Below, one piece after another: positions 51,590-64,000 of a stretch of 64,000 bases of DNA; within the stretch, counting starts at the first letter, position 1; each line of letters begins with the position of its first letter. The position numbers were made by a program, and so were the translations under genes. The DNA comes from Antedon mediterranea (taxonomy: Eukaryota > Animalia > Echinodermata): assembly GCF_964355755.1 (NCBI RefSeq), contig NC_092674.1, forward strand, positions 7,936,001 to 8,000,000, read 5' to 3'. The notes below the pieces were generated by a model that saw nothing but the letters and a program-made list of their open reading frames with translations, searched no databases and had not been told where the DNA came from.

Positions 51590-53462
51590 TCATATTATAT
51601 TAAGTGTATATTATGTGTTTTTACAAATTTAAAAGGCAACATATTGTTTTACCATTATTTTGATAATGGTAAAACAATATTATGTTTTAAAAAAACATGA
51701 AAAAATCAATTTAAAAAAATAATAATAAAACATACCGCCGGTTTTCTATATATAAATTTACGTAGGGGCAAAATTCGGTAAATCGCGCGTTATTTCTAGA
51801 ATGTTTACTCGATGGTATATAAAGTTGGTTCGTACTTTCGGTACTGATTTTAACCGCCTGATGTAAACCTGTTTACTAATTAAATTGAGTTCAATAATTA
51901 GTTATTGACGATTAAAACGAATTTAGGTTCAATGATTTTCCCCAAATAGGGGTGTTTTTCGATCGCGGTATTGAATTGAAAAATACCCGCAGACGATAAT
52001 ACGAGGATGCTTCGCATTTTCCTATCTCCTCCTACGATAATTGTTTTTAATGGCTGAAAACCGGTTGAACAGCTCGAGTACAGCATCATAATGTTGAAGA
52101 CAGGCCGATTTTCTTTAAAAAATACTATTTTGATAGATTTAATATACGTTTATACAAATGTATTGATTTGCGATGAATGGAACATTCCAATCTCTGTTCC
52201 ACAATTGTCTATTCCCTCAGGCGTCGTAAAGGCCAGTACTGTATACTCATAACAGAAATTCGATCAATTTTTTTTTTTCAATCTGTGCTGCAGAGGTTGG
52301 ATATAATTTTTTTTTAAACGGATAAAGAGCTAGCGTTTTCACTCGCCGTATATTATGTATAAATCTTTATTATTGCAGTTAAACCACCCACATCATCACC
52401 CTTCCCTCACTGGCATGAGTAGCGTTGTAAAACCAGTAGAGGATAGGCCTACGGTACATCACATGCCCTCTTAATAAGTATGAAACAATTGAAAACCATT
52501 AGGCCTACTAATTAAGTTGAGTTAGATAATTTAATATTTATTGACGATTAAATCGAATTTATGATTTTCCCCGAATAGAGGTGGTTTTCACAAATTGTTT
52601 TACATTATATAAAAATATACACGTCGTAGTGATGTATCGTTACATGTACTGTACTATTTCAATCGACTTGGACGGTGATAGTTTCAACAAATTATTACAT
52701 CGCAATGTTTTACTGTGTTTAGTGGTATATTATTTGTAAAACATGAAAACAATAATAATAATAACTGGTACTTGACAATTTAGAAATTTCCAAATTAAAA
52801 AGTGGGTTTTGAGGAGAGATTTGAAGACACTGGTGGAAGTAGCCTGACGGATTTCAATAGGCAACGCATTCCATAGAGAAACGGATGCCGAAGAAAACTT
52901 AGTGGAAAGATGAAATATATGGGCAAGAAGAGACTCAGATCTAGATCTCAGAGACCGCTTAGGAACATAAGGTTGAATAAGTTCAATTAATATTTCGTTA
53001 CTAAATGGATAAAGAATATATTTAAAAATGGTTCCTCTTTGCACCCATCCTCTTCCCCATCCCTCAACCCTAATGTTACATACAAAACACAAATTAAGTT
53101 TGTTTAAATTTGACTTAAACAATTGGTCTCATTTTGTGACAAGTTTCTCTTTCGGAAGTAATTCCCATGGTGCTAATTTTAGTTGAGTACATAAATCACA
53201 GTGTCTATTTATTCGTTCCTGTAGGCTGTAAACGACATGTATTATTGTCCTACGGTACGTACATTTGAAATCGCCAGTTTTTTAACGCTGAAATTATTAT
53301 GTATTCAAGAACCATCTGTGGGCACGACCTAGATGGTACGCTCGCTTCGCTCGCGTACCATCTAGTAATCACAAATTTAAGCAAGCATTTTTTATTTATT
53401 TTATATGTTTTGATATTAACTCGTTTTGCTTTCTTATTATGAAATAATCGGTACTTTTCTTC
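51590..53462. mobile_element. ~1.9-kb composite insertion in E intron 4 (Helitron/HINE-like end hairpin plus nested LINE fragment)
   Basis: Absent in D (~37848). Hairpin CTAGATGGTACGC...GCGTACCATCTAG at ~53329-53365. Minus-strand ~52795-52985 reads YVPKRSLRS...LWNALPIEIRQATSTSVFKSLLKTHF (CR1/L2 ORF2 C-terminus). Confidence 0.6.
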
Positions 53463-56400
53463 AATCATTTTCGTATCAGTATATTACTTACACATTCTTA
53501 TTTTTTTAATAATCAAAATTATTCCGCTTGCGTTCGAAACTTCTCCAGTCGACTAATTAACATAAATAACATGCTATGTTTGATATTAATTTGTCTTTAC
53601 CATTTTGACAAGAATTGCCTTGAAATCCTGCTGGACAAATACAGATACCCGCCTTATCGTCACATACTCCGGAATTAAAACATACGGGACAGTCCATTTC
53701 ACAATCTGGAGGATTCCATTTTGCCGAAGGACAAGCTATTAAGATACAATATTGAAAACAATTTAAACAACTTGTAATAAATTGAGCGAGTTTCCTAAGC
53801 CTACCAGAAATACCACGTGTTGGCCTATAAGGATAAACAGAGGCGCCTCATAAGGTGGAACCACCTAAGCTTCAAGACGTCTCATCGTTGTACATAATAA
53901 AACAATAAAGAAAGTCACATAATATTCTATAATCATCGCACGCAATGAATTCTTTTTATTTATGTGAAATTATTTATGAGACCCAATCAAATATGATGCA
54001 ACATTTATAGTCCTGCATTTTTTTCCTGCTGTACACAGCTATTATTTCAACTAAATGCTATAATAGTTCTTATGGTTGACCAGATAAACAATGGTTAAAA
54101 AAGTACCTCTAAATAAGTAGACCTATAACTGTTAAAACCTACCTCTAACAATAAGTCTCATAATACCATGGTTACCATCAGGGCTATCACCTGTATAACA
54201 TTAATATACCCCATCATCTTTTATTCGTATGTTTTCAATCACAGCAGACGTATTACCCCTCAGATTGTGTATTTCTTCACCGTAATTATGTCTCCAACGT
54301 AAATCGTCAATATCACCACCTTTACTGAGATTGATAGTGACAGACTCTCCAATACCGACCGTTATTGTTTTGTACTCCATTACAATATTTGCTGTAAAAT
54401 AATAATTGGATAATGAAAAAAATCTATACTTTTATTTACGTAGAATTAGTTTAACGTAGTTCTATGAACAATCCTACAACAAAATACCAAAGATAATTTT
54501 ACAATTAAAGATATTGTGAGGAAATCTTGCCCATACTCACCAGAAGTGGATGTCAATACAATTGCTGAATTTGTTACTACTCCAGTCTTATTTGCTTCAA
54601 ATGAAAATACACCAACTCTATCAGCGTGAGTTTGAACGTTCGTAACACCTAGAAATGTGTGGTCTGAATATATCCGATATGTAATACTGCTACTTGTGTG
54701 AAATATTTTACCGTCTGGCATATCTATCGTCTGAGCTCTAGTGATAGCCCCACTGGCACCAGTATCATCCTAAGTCACGTTAGTTTCCCCGTCGATATTC
54801 TTGTATAATATTCCAACTGATAAATTTCTAATATCTTTGTCGTCTTGAAGGGCGTATCCTCGAAACCAACTATCACTAGCTGTCGGCCGTGGTGTGTTGG
54901 ACAAAAGTGTAATGTCTAATGGACCTTAAAATAATAATAGCAATCAGTCATTTTGCTGCAATTAAATTAGCTTTATAACATACCTTTGTATCTACATTTG
55001 ACTCAAGCTACAGTCACTACAGTGGAAATTCAATGGAGAGATGTAAGTATGGCCATTTTTTAGGCTGGCAGGGATTTAGACAAGTGGTATTGTAGTCTCC
55101 AGATACAATGTAATTTCAATCTGTATACAGGATAGAGGCGTAAATGTTAAAGCCATTAAGCCTACTGTAGGCCTATGTAGTTGTAGTTATTTGTGCCGAA
55201 ATAGGCATAAAACTAAATGACTTTTTTACAAACATCTTGATCAGGAATAGGTTTGATGAATTACTTCAAATAAGTAGGCTACAGTAGAGTACAAATAATG
55301 TAATCTAGCTTTCAGTCGATAAATGTAAATTTTTCTTGAGTATGAACGTATCATATTCGGTGCATGAATAAATATATTGATCAATAATAAAGATTCGGCA
55401 AGATTTTACTTCACATATATACATACGGACTGACAAGCAAAACTAGAAATATACTAGGACTTTACTATTCATTTTTTCCACTATACTTAATTCTAACATT
55501 CTCATGTAAATGGTAGGTTATTTAGGTCAGTAATTGGAAAGTTAGAAACATCATGGAGAAAACTAATAATCCTCTATTAGGTAAACTCTCGCACATTACA
55601 TTTGGTATTAACAGGGAGTTAAGTCAGAAATTCGTTTGTAAGAGTACAATTTTAAACATTATATTAGAGCCACTTATTGCAACTAATTTAAAAAGTAAGC
55701 AGATTAATCTTAAAGCAGCATACCTGATAAAACAAATCCACACGTCAAACTGAGAGTTATAACCAGACGAAACAAAGTTGGAAAGCGTTTGTCCAACATC
55801 TTCAGTAAGGTTGAAACATATTCACTTGTACAGACCTAACCAATGCTAAAATAACTATACCTGTATACAGTATGGTATTCTATTATTTGCGTAACAATTG
55901 GATAACCCAACCACGTAGAATGTATAAGGAAATAAAACATATTCCAAAATACATGTTTCCCGGGATGTATATAAAATAGATCCATTGTCAACGTTGTTAC
56001 AGGGTTCGTATATATGCTTCAATTGATTTCGACAACAATTACTAGAAAAATCAACGCCCACACCAAACTAATATATGCAGCCCAAACAAATTCTTTCGGC
56101 TGCGGCTAAATATTCCATTGTAACTAATTGATGTATGTCGCTTCATAAATCTTTTACATCATAAAGGAATCGAATTGATAACAAACCAACAACTCGTAAC
56201 ACAAATATTTTACACTACACAAAATCAGTGTGTTTTGTGCTTGTAAATACAGATTGCAGTAGAATAAAAATAATAATTAATAGTTCAATGACAATTTTGT
56301 TTTTAAGTACAGCATTTTGAATTACTTATTTTACTCTTGACATCCGGAGGTTGCTGGGACACCATTTGTCTGGGTGGTTGAGGGAATTGCCCTGGTTCTT

Positions 56401-57969
56401 GCTCTGCCTTCAATGTGTGGTGGCTCACACATTCCTGAGGCAAGTTATTTTTTAAGTCACTTTTGAAATCCTTTTGCTCTGTTTTTTCTTGTTTTTTTTC
56501 CTTGAAATATTTTTCACGCTGCTGCTCTAGCCCGCTACGTCACAAGAGATGACTCATGTATAAGCAGAAAGCAAGCAGCATTTATAGTACTAGAGACTGA
56601 AGTTTTTGGCTAAAATGCATACTCGACTATAATTTATAGGTCCCAGCTGCTGGACCCAAAAAACGTCTGGGAAAAGAGTTTACGAGGGCTCACGGTTGAA
56701 CGATTTTGGATTCTTGCCCTTTGATTGGTTGACGCGAATCAACAGATTGTAGAAGAATTTCCACTTGTACCAACTTGAAGTCACGTTGTCTCTAGAGGGT
56801 ATTCAGTTGCATGCCTACAGTTTAGGTTGAGGTCACAGACAAACAGGCTACAGCACATTAAATTTAAAAATTGACCATTTTTAAATGCCATTTTTTAATT
56901 AGTAGATTAATATTTGTTGGCAAATAATACATTTTTGGAAAGGTACACATATCTTCTTTCAAATGCTGTGTATACAATTAACTAGTGAAAAAATGGGCAT
57001 GTGATTCATAATTAAAGAACTATTTGTGATTTGTATGCGATTAAAGGACATCTTTTTAATAATTAATCATAAATTAATCAAAAGAACAATGATTAATTTT
57101 AAAATGTCGAGCGGCGTTTTTTTGTAAGAAATATTTCTTGTTTATGTACGCTTTTTATATATTTTTTATAATATGAAAAATTGTAAATAAGTACCCTAAT
57201 TCAACTTTTTTCATTTTATTTTTTATATTGTACTTATGATGTTTTTATTGAAATAAAGATACCGATATATATATATTTAATTATTTTCTATGAATTGGGT
57301 TTCAACTTAACCTTGTATGTACAAATCAATACCTCGACGTGTAGTAGTAGAATGTCGGTCCATAAACTTCTGACAAGTAAGCGTACACAATAACGACAAT
57401 CAGCTAAATGCATTCGTACTTTATTTACAACACATATCCCTACCAATTTTTCTCCGTCTTTATGCTATTTATACATTACTTCATTCTAGTGATCAATACC
57501 AATAACTGGCGCCATAAATAATAGTGTAAATAGCGCCGCCACATACCATTCAAAACGTCGTATGAGCATGTAAGATAATACAATACAATGTTCTGATTTC
57601 TGATTAGCTTAGCAACAATTATTTGCACGATACCACTGACAATAATATATAAACAATTTCAGCAAAAAAAATAAAGGAAAGCAAATAAAAAAGTTATAAT
57701 TATTCAGACATCTGCGCTATTTCAACATCTTTGTATACGTTGCTTGAGTGTCCATCCAGATTTATTTGCAATACATTTTCTGTATGTTTTCACAATGCTG
57801 CTATATTTGTTAAGTGCCAGATCACAATGTCTTATAGTCCTACAATGTAACCATTGTCAGACACAGCGACACAAGGTAAATAACGGTTATTTATAGTGAT
57901 AGTAGTCATCATAAAGAACTTATAATGGTAGTGCTTTCTGGGTTATATTCTACTTTCTCATTCAAAATC

Positions 57970-58690
57970 ATGTTTTCCGTAAACTATTTGTCAAATATTC
58001 TTTATCTGGTTTTAGCAATTCTCAGTTTAGGTTGTCCAACAGAGTCTTCAGGTATGTTAAACGATTAAAATACGATACAGAGTTGGAGTAAACTATAGCT
58101 TGCGAATTTGTTTAGCCAGTTTTATCAGACACAAAGAGTGACAATGGAAATAAAGTGAACTAACAATGTAGCCTACTTTCAGAATGGCAATTTTAATCAA
58201 ATGCATTTCTTGTTCCTCTCTTTTCAGTTTTAAGTCTCTTTTAGGTTTAACTAAAGTTTTTTGAAAGTTCATAATTGAAAGTGAATCACTTCCAATCCAT
58301 TTGCAGATCCATTAGATATAACATTATTTTCTACGACACCACTAACGACGCCTAGTGGTAGTTGGTTTGCTGGATACATACTCCGAGGCGACAAAGACAT
58401 TCGAGATTTATCAGTTGGAATAATGTACAAGAAAATCGAAGAGAAAGGTAACGTGACTTGGAATGATACTGGGCATACGGGTGGTTATACTATTTATACA
58501 GATTTTAAAAATAAGCCTATGCCAAACAATAAAATATTTACTCCCACCAAGTGAAATTATATACAGGGTACATTATAGTCTAACAGCACTCTGAGTTACA
58601 AAATTACAGCCTCGAATTTAAAGAGTTGGCGTTTTTTTATTTGAAACAAAGAAAAATGGAGTAGTCATGTGCACAAATTCAGCAATTGTC
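57970..58690 (+). pseudogene. Gene F: truncated pseudogene (signal exon plus disrupted Ig1 exon)
   Basis: Exon 57970-58051 reads MFSVNYLSNILYLVLAILSLGCPTESS. The exon from 58307 reads DPLDITLFSTTPL...DIRDLSVGIMYK, has a frameshift near 58550 and TGA/TAA stops, and ends at ...NSAIV in an A-run with no donor. Confidence 0.82.
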
Positions 58691-59581
58691 AAAAAAAATA
58701 AAATTAATAGTTTTTCACTTTGATCGAAAAAAAAATTATTTGCCTGATAGAAAAACGTAATTTAAAGCAAGAAATACTTAAATGTCTGTCAGACAATGGT
58801 TTTTGGTTAAAATTAACCGTTTCTTTTGTCTTTTTATAAATAAAATAATTTTGTTTTCGTTTATTTTTTTTACAGAAGTGAACAGCTTTATTAAAACTGC
58901 AAAGGGCCTATTTAAAGTCTGATTTATATTTTTCATTATTTTGGGACAATAGGCTACATCTTTAAAACTATACTTTAAAACACGGATCGACACTTTGGTT
59001 TTTATATTATTCTCAACACGCAAACTAGACTATTTATTTATTTGCTGATCCCGCTTGTAAACAATAATATGTATTAGGAATTGTTTAATTTAGTCAAGCC
59101 GCTATGTCATTACCGCTTTCAAATAAAAATTACGACTTACGCTACCAGGTATTGCTAACAATTAAAATTAGTTTAAATATAGGTAAAGGTATTGAAACAA
59201 TGCTTTGTTTGGCCTTATTTGCAACCGTACTCTACGGTTTCCTTTGCTTACTAGTCATTTAAGTTTACAATTACGTTATTATAGTTCAATTATGTATAAA
59301 TAATTGTCACTACTACACAGATGTTTATAAATAAATATGTACATTTCCATGCGATACCATGTTTTAGTTTCATTGACTCATAAGACAAAAAGGAACGTTT
59401 ATTGTCGAAACGTGTTCTTTTAACCGTTAATTTTTCTTTCAGTTTCATTTGAGTAATAATTCCTTGTAAAATAATATAAAAGTTAGATTGATTATACAAG
59501 AAATCAGTTATATAAAGTCTAGGACTGCTACACTATACTGGTTTTTTTAGTCATAAGTGAACATAGAAGGTGAACATTGAA

Positions 59582-60893
59582 ATGTTTTTCGTTAAATATA
59601 TGTCAAATGTGTGTCATCTGGTTATAGCAATTATCTCTTTTGGTTGTCCATTAGAATCTACAGGTAAGCTAAACGGTTAAAATAATATCACAAGGCTTAG
59701 ATAGCCTATTATAGTGTTTCATTACTTATTTTATCATTGATTTATACAAAGATATATGCCAGTAGTGTTTACAGAAAAAAGATTGTTAATATTCTTTAAT
59801 GTCACAAATTAACTTAAAAGCCTAAAAGAACTACGTGATGCTCTTAATAATATAGCAGAAGGAAGTAGACATTCAAACCAAATCATAGATTATGCTCTTT
59901 CAGTACCGTGGACGATAATCATAAGCCGACTCAGAATAGGCCTAAATTATTAATCATATATAATCTCAAATAAATATTTCCTAAAATTTAAGATCCATTG
60001 GATGTAACATTATTTTCGGGTAGCCCATTGTCGCAAAGGAGCGCCTGGTTTCGAGGATACGCACTTCAAAACGACAGTGACATCAGAGATCTATCAGTTG
60101 GAATATTATACAAGATTATTCCTGGTAGAAATAACCTGACTTGGAAAGATACCGAGTATTCGGGTAATCATACTGGTAATATGAAAGTTAAAGATATGCC
60201 AGACGGAAATGTGTTCTACACAAGCAGCAAAATTATATACCGATTACACGCCAATTTGACTTTTCTTGGTGTTTATAATAACGTCGAACGACCTCAGATG
60301 ATTGGTGTATTTTCATTTCAAGCAAAGAAGGATGCAATAGTCGCCAACTCGGCAATTGTCTTGACATCCGCTTCTGGTGAGTAACTAATTATCAGCTATT
60401 TATAATAATAATAATATATCTATTTACTCCAAAATAAATCTATACAAATAATTCAAATGTATTTATTTGTCATCGCATACGTACACAGTGATATTTCGAA
60501 ACAATTTCAAGCGTTTTATTAGTTTAACGATTAGTTTACACTTGCTTTAATGAGAATAGACTACATGATATTTTGAAACATTTTCACAGATATCAGCACT
60601 CAATTGCAATTTTTAGTATTTAGGCTATTATTGGTATTTCACAGCCAATATTATAATAGAGTACAGAACGACAACGGTCGGTATTGGAGAGTCTGTCACT
60701 ATCAATCTCAGTAAAGGTGGTGATCTTAACAACTTACGTTGGCGACATAATTACGGTGAGGAAATACACAATCTGAGGGGTAATACGTCTGCTGTGATTG
60801 AAAACATACGAAGAAAAGATGATGGCGTATATGAATGTTATACAGGTGGTAGTCCAGATGATCACCATGGTATCATTAGACTTATTGTAAGAG
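59582..60893 (+). CDS. Gene G: Tie-like receptor, 5' part (signal peptide, Ig1, Ig2); presumably continues beyond window end
   Basis: Open GT-AG exons: 59582-59663 (MFFVKYMSNVCHLVIAIISFGCPLEST), 59993-60376 (Ig1), 60645-60893 (Ig2, ...DDGVYECY...RLIVR). No EGF exon was seen before 64000. Confidence 0.82.
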
Positions 60894-61463
60894 GTAGGGT
60901 TTAACAGTTATTGCTCATAAATTGTTTTTAATGTTACAAGATCATTATGATCGCATACATAAATAGAATAAAGATTGTAAATATAATTGAAAAAAAAAAT
61001 GGCGAGAACACATGATGAACAAACCTAAATAGTCGAATTTAGAAAACACCTGGTCTGATCTACACTGTTTTTCTCTCGTTTTCTGAAAAAGAATTCTTTC
61101 ATTTTACGATAATTCTGTTATTGAAGTGATTCAGTCGTCAAACCATATGAGATAGTATACAGAAGATGAATGTTTATGAGTTGATAAATTGAATGCTCTA
61201 TTTTTAACGAAGCCATCATAATCATTGAGGAATGTTAGGCTGGGAAGCTAGGCCATTAAAAAAAGGTTCCAACTTTAGACGCGGTATAGAATAGACGGCG
61301 CGAACGAGATCACTCAAAAAAGTCGCGTGACAAAAATTCTAAAAATAATTTACAGAAAGATGAACGTGCATTAGAGCCGTTCATTATCACCATTATATAT
61401 CACCTTTTCATTAGGGTTAATTCCAAAATCAAATTGCAAGAATACAATGAGTTGTTTTAGGCC

Positions 61464-61507
61464 TATATATATATATATATAGGCCTATATATAGGCCTAT
61501 ATATAGG

Positions 61508-61561
<54 letters not shown>
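61464..61561. repeat. (TA)n microsatellite with AGGCCT interruptions
   Basis: Direct inspection. Confidence 0.95.
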
Positions 61562-61564
<3 letters not shown>

Positions 61565-63039
61565 CTCAACGGCCTTTGCTACGATGGATATATAGTGCTA
61601 TTTCTCAAATGGCCTTTGCTACTTTGCATTTTGACTTGTGACGTATATGTTTTATGTTTATATGTATATGCTCATCGATAGGAGCAAACGGCCAAAAGCG
61701 TCTTGAGAATTTAAATTTTTAAATTACGATAACTTTTGTAAAAATGATCGAAATTTGATCGGATAACCACATTTATAAAGACAATTTAATAGAGTTTACC
61801 CTATCATCAGCTTATATTTTCTTATCACGCACTTTTTGAAATATTGGTTTCTGAATCATGCCTACTTATCGGGTAGTAGTTTTGATAGGCCTGATTTGAC
61901 AACAACCAACCTAAACCGTCTTGAACTTCTAATTTTTTTGTTACTTATCCGATTTGAAATTTCTTTGTTGTATACGATAGAAGATCATATAAAGAACGTG
62001 TATACGAAATTTCATCGATTTATCTTAATTTTAAGTTACTTTAAAAAAATAATTCTATATTGAATTTTTTCGCGAAAAATTGGGATGTCATTTTGCTACG
62101 TACCAAAACTCAAATAGTCATTGCGTTTAACGTATTTACTCAATAAATGTAATTTTTGTACAATGTGTTCATATATATTGTTGGATTATGTGTGCCAAAT
62201 TTGGATTTATAAAACTAAAAAAATTCGGAGATATTAAAAAAACATTGCTCATTTTGGCCGTTTGCTACGTATTTTCTTAATTTTTAAAATGCTTTTACAA
62301 CGTGGTTACTTTACGAAAACAAACTATTTTTAGGTATGTTAGTCTATGTTTAACATACTATCGATCTGCTATTTTGATTTTTTGAATTTAAGCGTGTTTA
62401 TATTTTTAATAAAAACCGACTTTTTTTAGATTTTGTGGTCGCTAGAACTCAAATATAATTGTCTCGTTCACTCAAAGTTTATTATAAATGTAAAATGACT
62501 TATTAAAATATCTTTATTATCATTAAATTGCAATTTACATACTGAAAAGCTTTATTTTCATTATTAGTCATCATTTAGTTAGCAAATGATTATTTTAAAA
62601 GTATATATTACAATTTTTCGGAATTTTGTTATCATTTTAAAATTGGAAAACGTTTCAAATTTAAGGACTTGTGGCAGGTCTTGTATTAAATTACGATTTA
62701 TTTTGTTTAACATTTTAGAAACAAAAATTCCTTTAATATGTGTAATCATTAAAACATTCTGCATCCACTAGACGTTGATTTTATTGATTTATATAGTTTT
62801 AAAACAATTAAATTGGCGATTAAATGTCACGAAATTTAAAAATCCTAAGCATTTGTACTGGAACCACAGCATCCTAGGCCCAACAGCATCGACAGCCTAC
62901 AGCAAACTATAGATAAACCAGGTATACCGTAAGTTTTTATTTATTTTTGTTGTAATATAGATTTTTAAATAGTTATAGTTCAATGTTATATATTTAATGT
63001 TGTTATCTGACTCTCTGGCGGTAATCTATGAGAGGTAAA

Positions 63040-63575
63040 TTAGGGGCCTAGGCCTTAGGTCTATGATGCACATAAAATGCCAAACCTTGTGTGCAGCCCG
63101 GGGGGCTGCTGCGCCCGGCCCAGGCGGCCTAATTAGGCTTACCGCTTAGGCCTCGGTTTACATTAGGCCTAGGCCCTAGTGTCTGTTTAAAGGTTTGTAA
63201 GTCCATAAACAGAGTAGGCCTAGACCTAACTTTTCTGGAATCTAGGCATAGGATAGGCACTGACTAGGCCTATGTCTAGAAATAAGCATGGCCTATTATT
63301 TACAGCTTTAGCCTGGAAGCCTAAGCCTACTAGGCCTAGGCCTAGCCTCTAGGCCTAGTAGGCCTAGCCTACTCCTACCTAGCCTGTCTTAGGCTAGGCT
63401 AGGCCTAGAGGTAGTACTCAGTGCTAGAAGCCTGCCTAGGCCTAGATGTAGCCTACATCCTAAAACTAGACTAGGCCTAGGCTAGAACCTCTAGTAAAGG
63501 CTTTGACAGTTTTCTAGGCCCTACCTACATTATGTATGTTAGGGCCTATCTGACTTCTAGCATAGGCCTAGCCCA
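63040..63575. repeat. TAGGC/TAGGCCTA-rich low-complexity tract, probably the interior of a transposon in the gene G intron
   Basis: Dense TAGGCCTA/CTAGG motifs. A similar composition occurs inside the Kolobok-like element (~34850-35240). Confidence 0.55.
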
Positions 63576-64000
63576 TTTACAGAAGGTGTACTGTAGGTTT
63601 CCCTTCTACATCATTAACAGCTAGCTTAGAACAATCCCTGCATTAAATCAAGCATCCATCCCAAATATTTTTAACATTCACGAATTAAACATACTAGGCC
63701 TATTATGATTTACAAAGCAAATTAATTTTTAGTTTTAGTGTCCGGTTTGGAGTATTCAATCAACTACTCAATTTCTGATGACTCAATAATCAACTTAACT
63801 TCAGGTATTTTAAGTCCCAAGCTTATTCAACTTATGTTTAATGTGACTAACAACATATGAAAATAACAATTACTCCTTAAAACTATAAATAAACATTAAT
63901 TCAATCCAAATAATGGTAGCAAAAGAGATGTTATGAAATAGTAACTATTAAATACTGTTGGTGTTGACTGTATTCAGTTTTTTTTTCAGTGAAACACATT

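Larger units (their letters stand above)
44303..55799 (-). pseudogene. Gene E: duplicate of D (Tie-like + PTP) with three in-frame stops
   Basis: Exons: 55724-55799, 54541-54924, 54143-54391, 53601-53735, 51436-51576, 51052-51183, 50510-50650, 49967-50278, 49744-49811, 49117-49357, 48711-48995, 48213-48291, 47525-48005, 46860-46959, 46398-46471, 45895-46146, 45368-45522, 44562-44697, 44303-44380. Stops: TGG>TAG 54770-54772 (Ig1), GAA>TAA 54201-54203 (Ig2), GAG>TAG 46030-46032 (PTP). Confidence 0.82.

Noticed and set aside
60484-60515. CACAGTG heptamer after the G Ig1 exon as a V(D)J-like RSS
   Set aside because: No ACAAAAACC nonamer at 12/23 spacing and it is not repeated at the other Ig1 exons. 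Each Ig1 exon has its own leader.
836-62771. Most remaining short ORFs in the supplied track (e.g. 836-1123, 18240-18542, 31663-31887, 42779-43072, 61836-62771)
   Set aside because: They are antisense or alternate-frame shadows of real exons, or AT-rich intron and repeat ORFs with no domain features.

Overview
AT-rich, intron-containing animal DNA; an invertebrate such as an echinoderm is inferred, not proven. The window is almost entirely a tandem cluster of one receptor family with a Tie1/Tie2-type ectodomain (signal peptide, Ig1, Ig2, four EGF exons, three FN3, TM) and no tyrosine kinase. I reconstructed exons by hand. Minus strand: gene A (5' half, runs off the window start), gene B (13 exons, ~820 aa), a collapsed remnant, gene C (13 exons, ~822 aa), gene D (19 exons, ~1170 aa, one 1-bp frameshift), an orphan signal-peptide exon, and gene E (copy of D with three nonsense codons). 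Plus strand, head-to-head with E: pseudogene F and gene G (runs off the window end). B and C end in short tails with a consensus ITAM plus YxN/EHxY motifs. D and E have a longer Tyr-rich tail followed by a single D2-like degenerate PTP domain. Ig1 is hypervariable in length-variable loops while Ig2 is nearly invariant, and genes are being born and lost. This suggests a diversified innate-immune or recognition receptor family built on a Tie scaffold (inference). Introns carry a Kolobok-like element, Helentron/HINE-like and Harbinger-like elements, LINE fragments and satellites.
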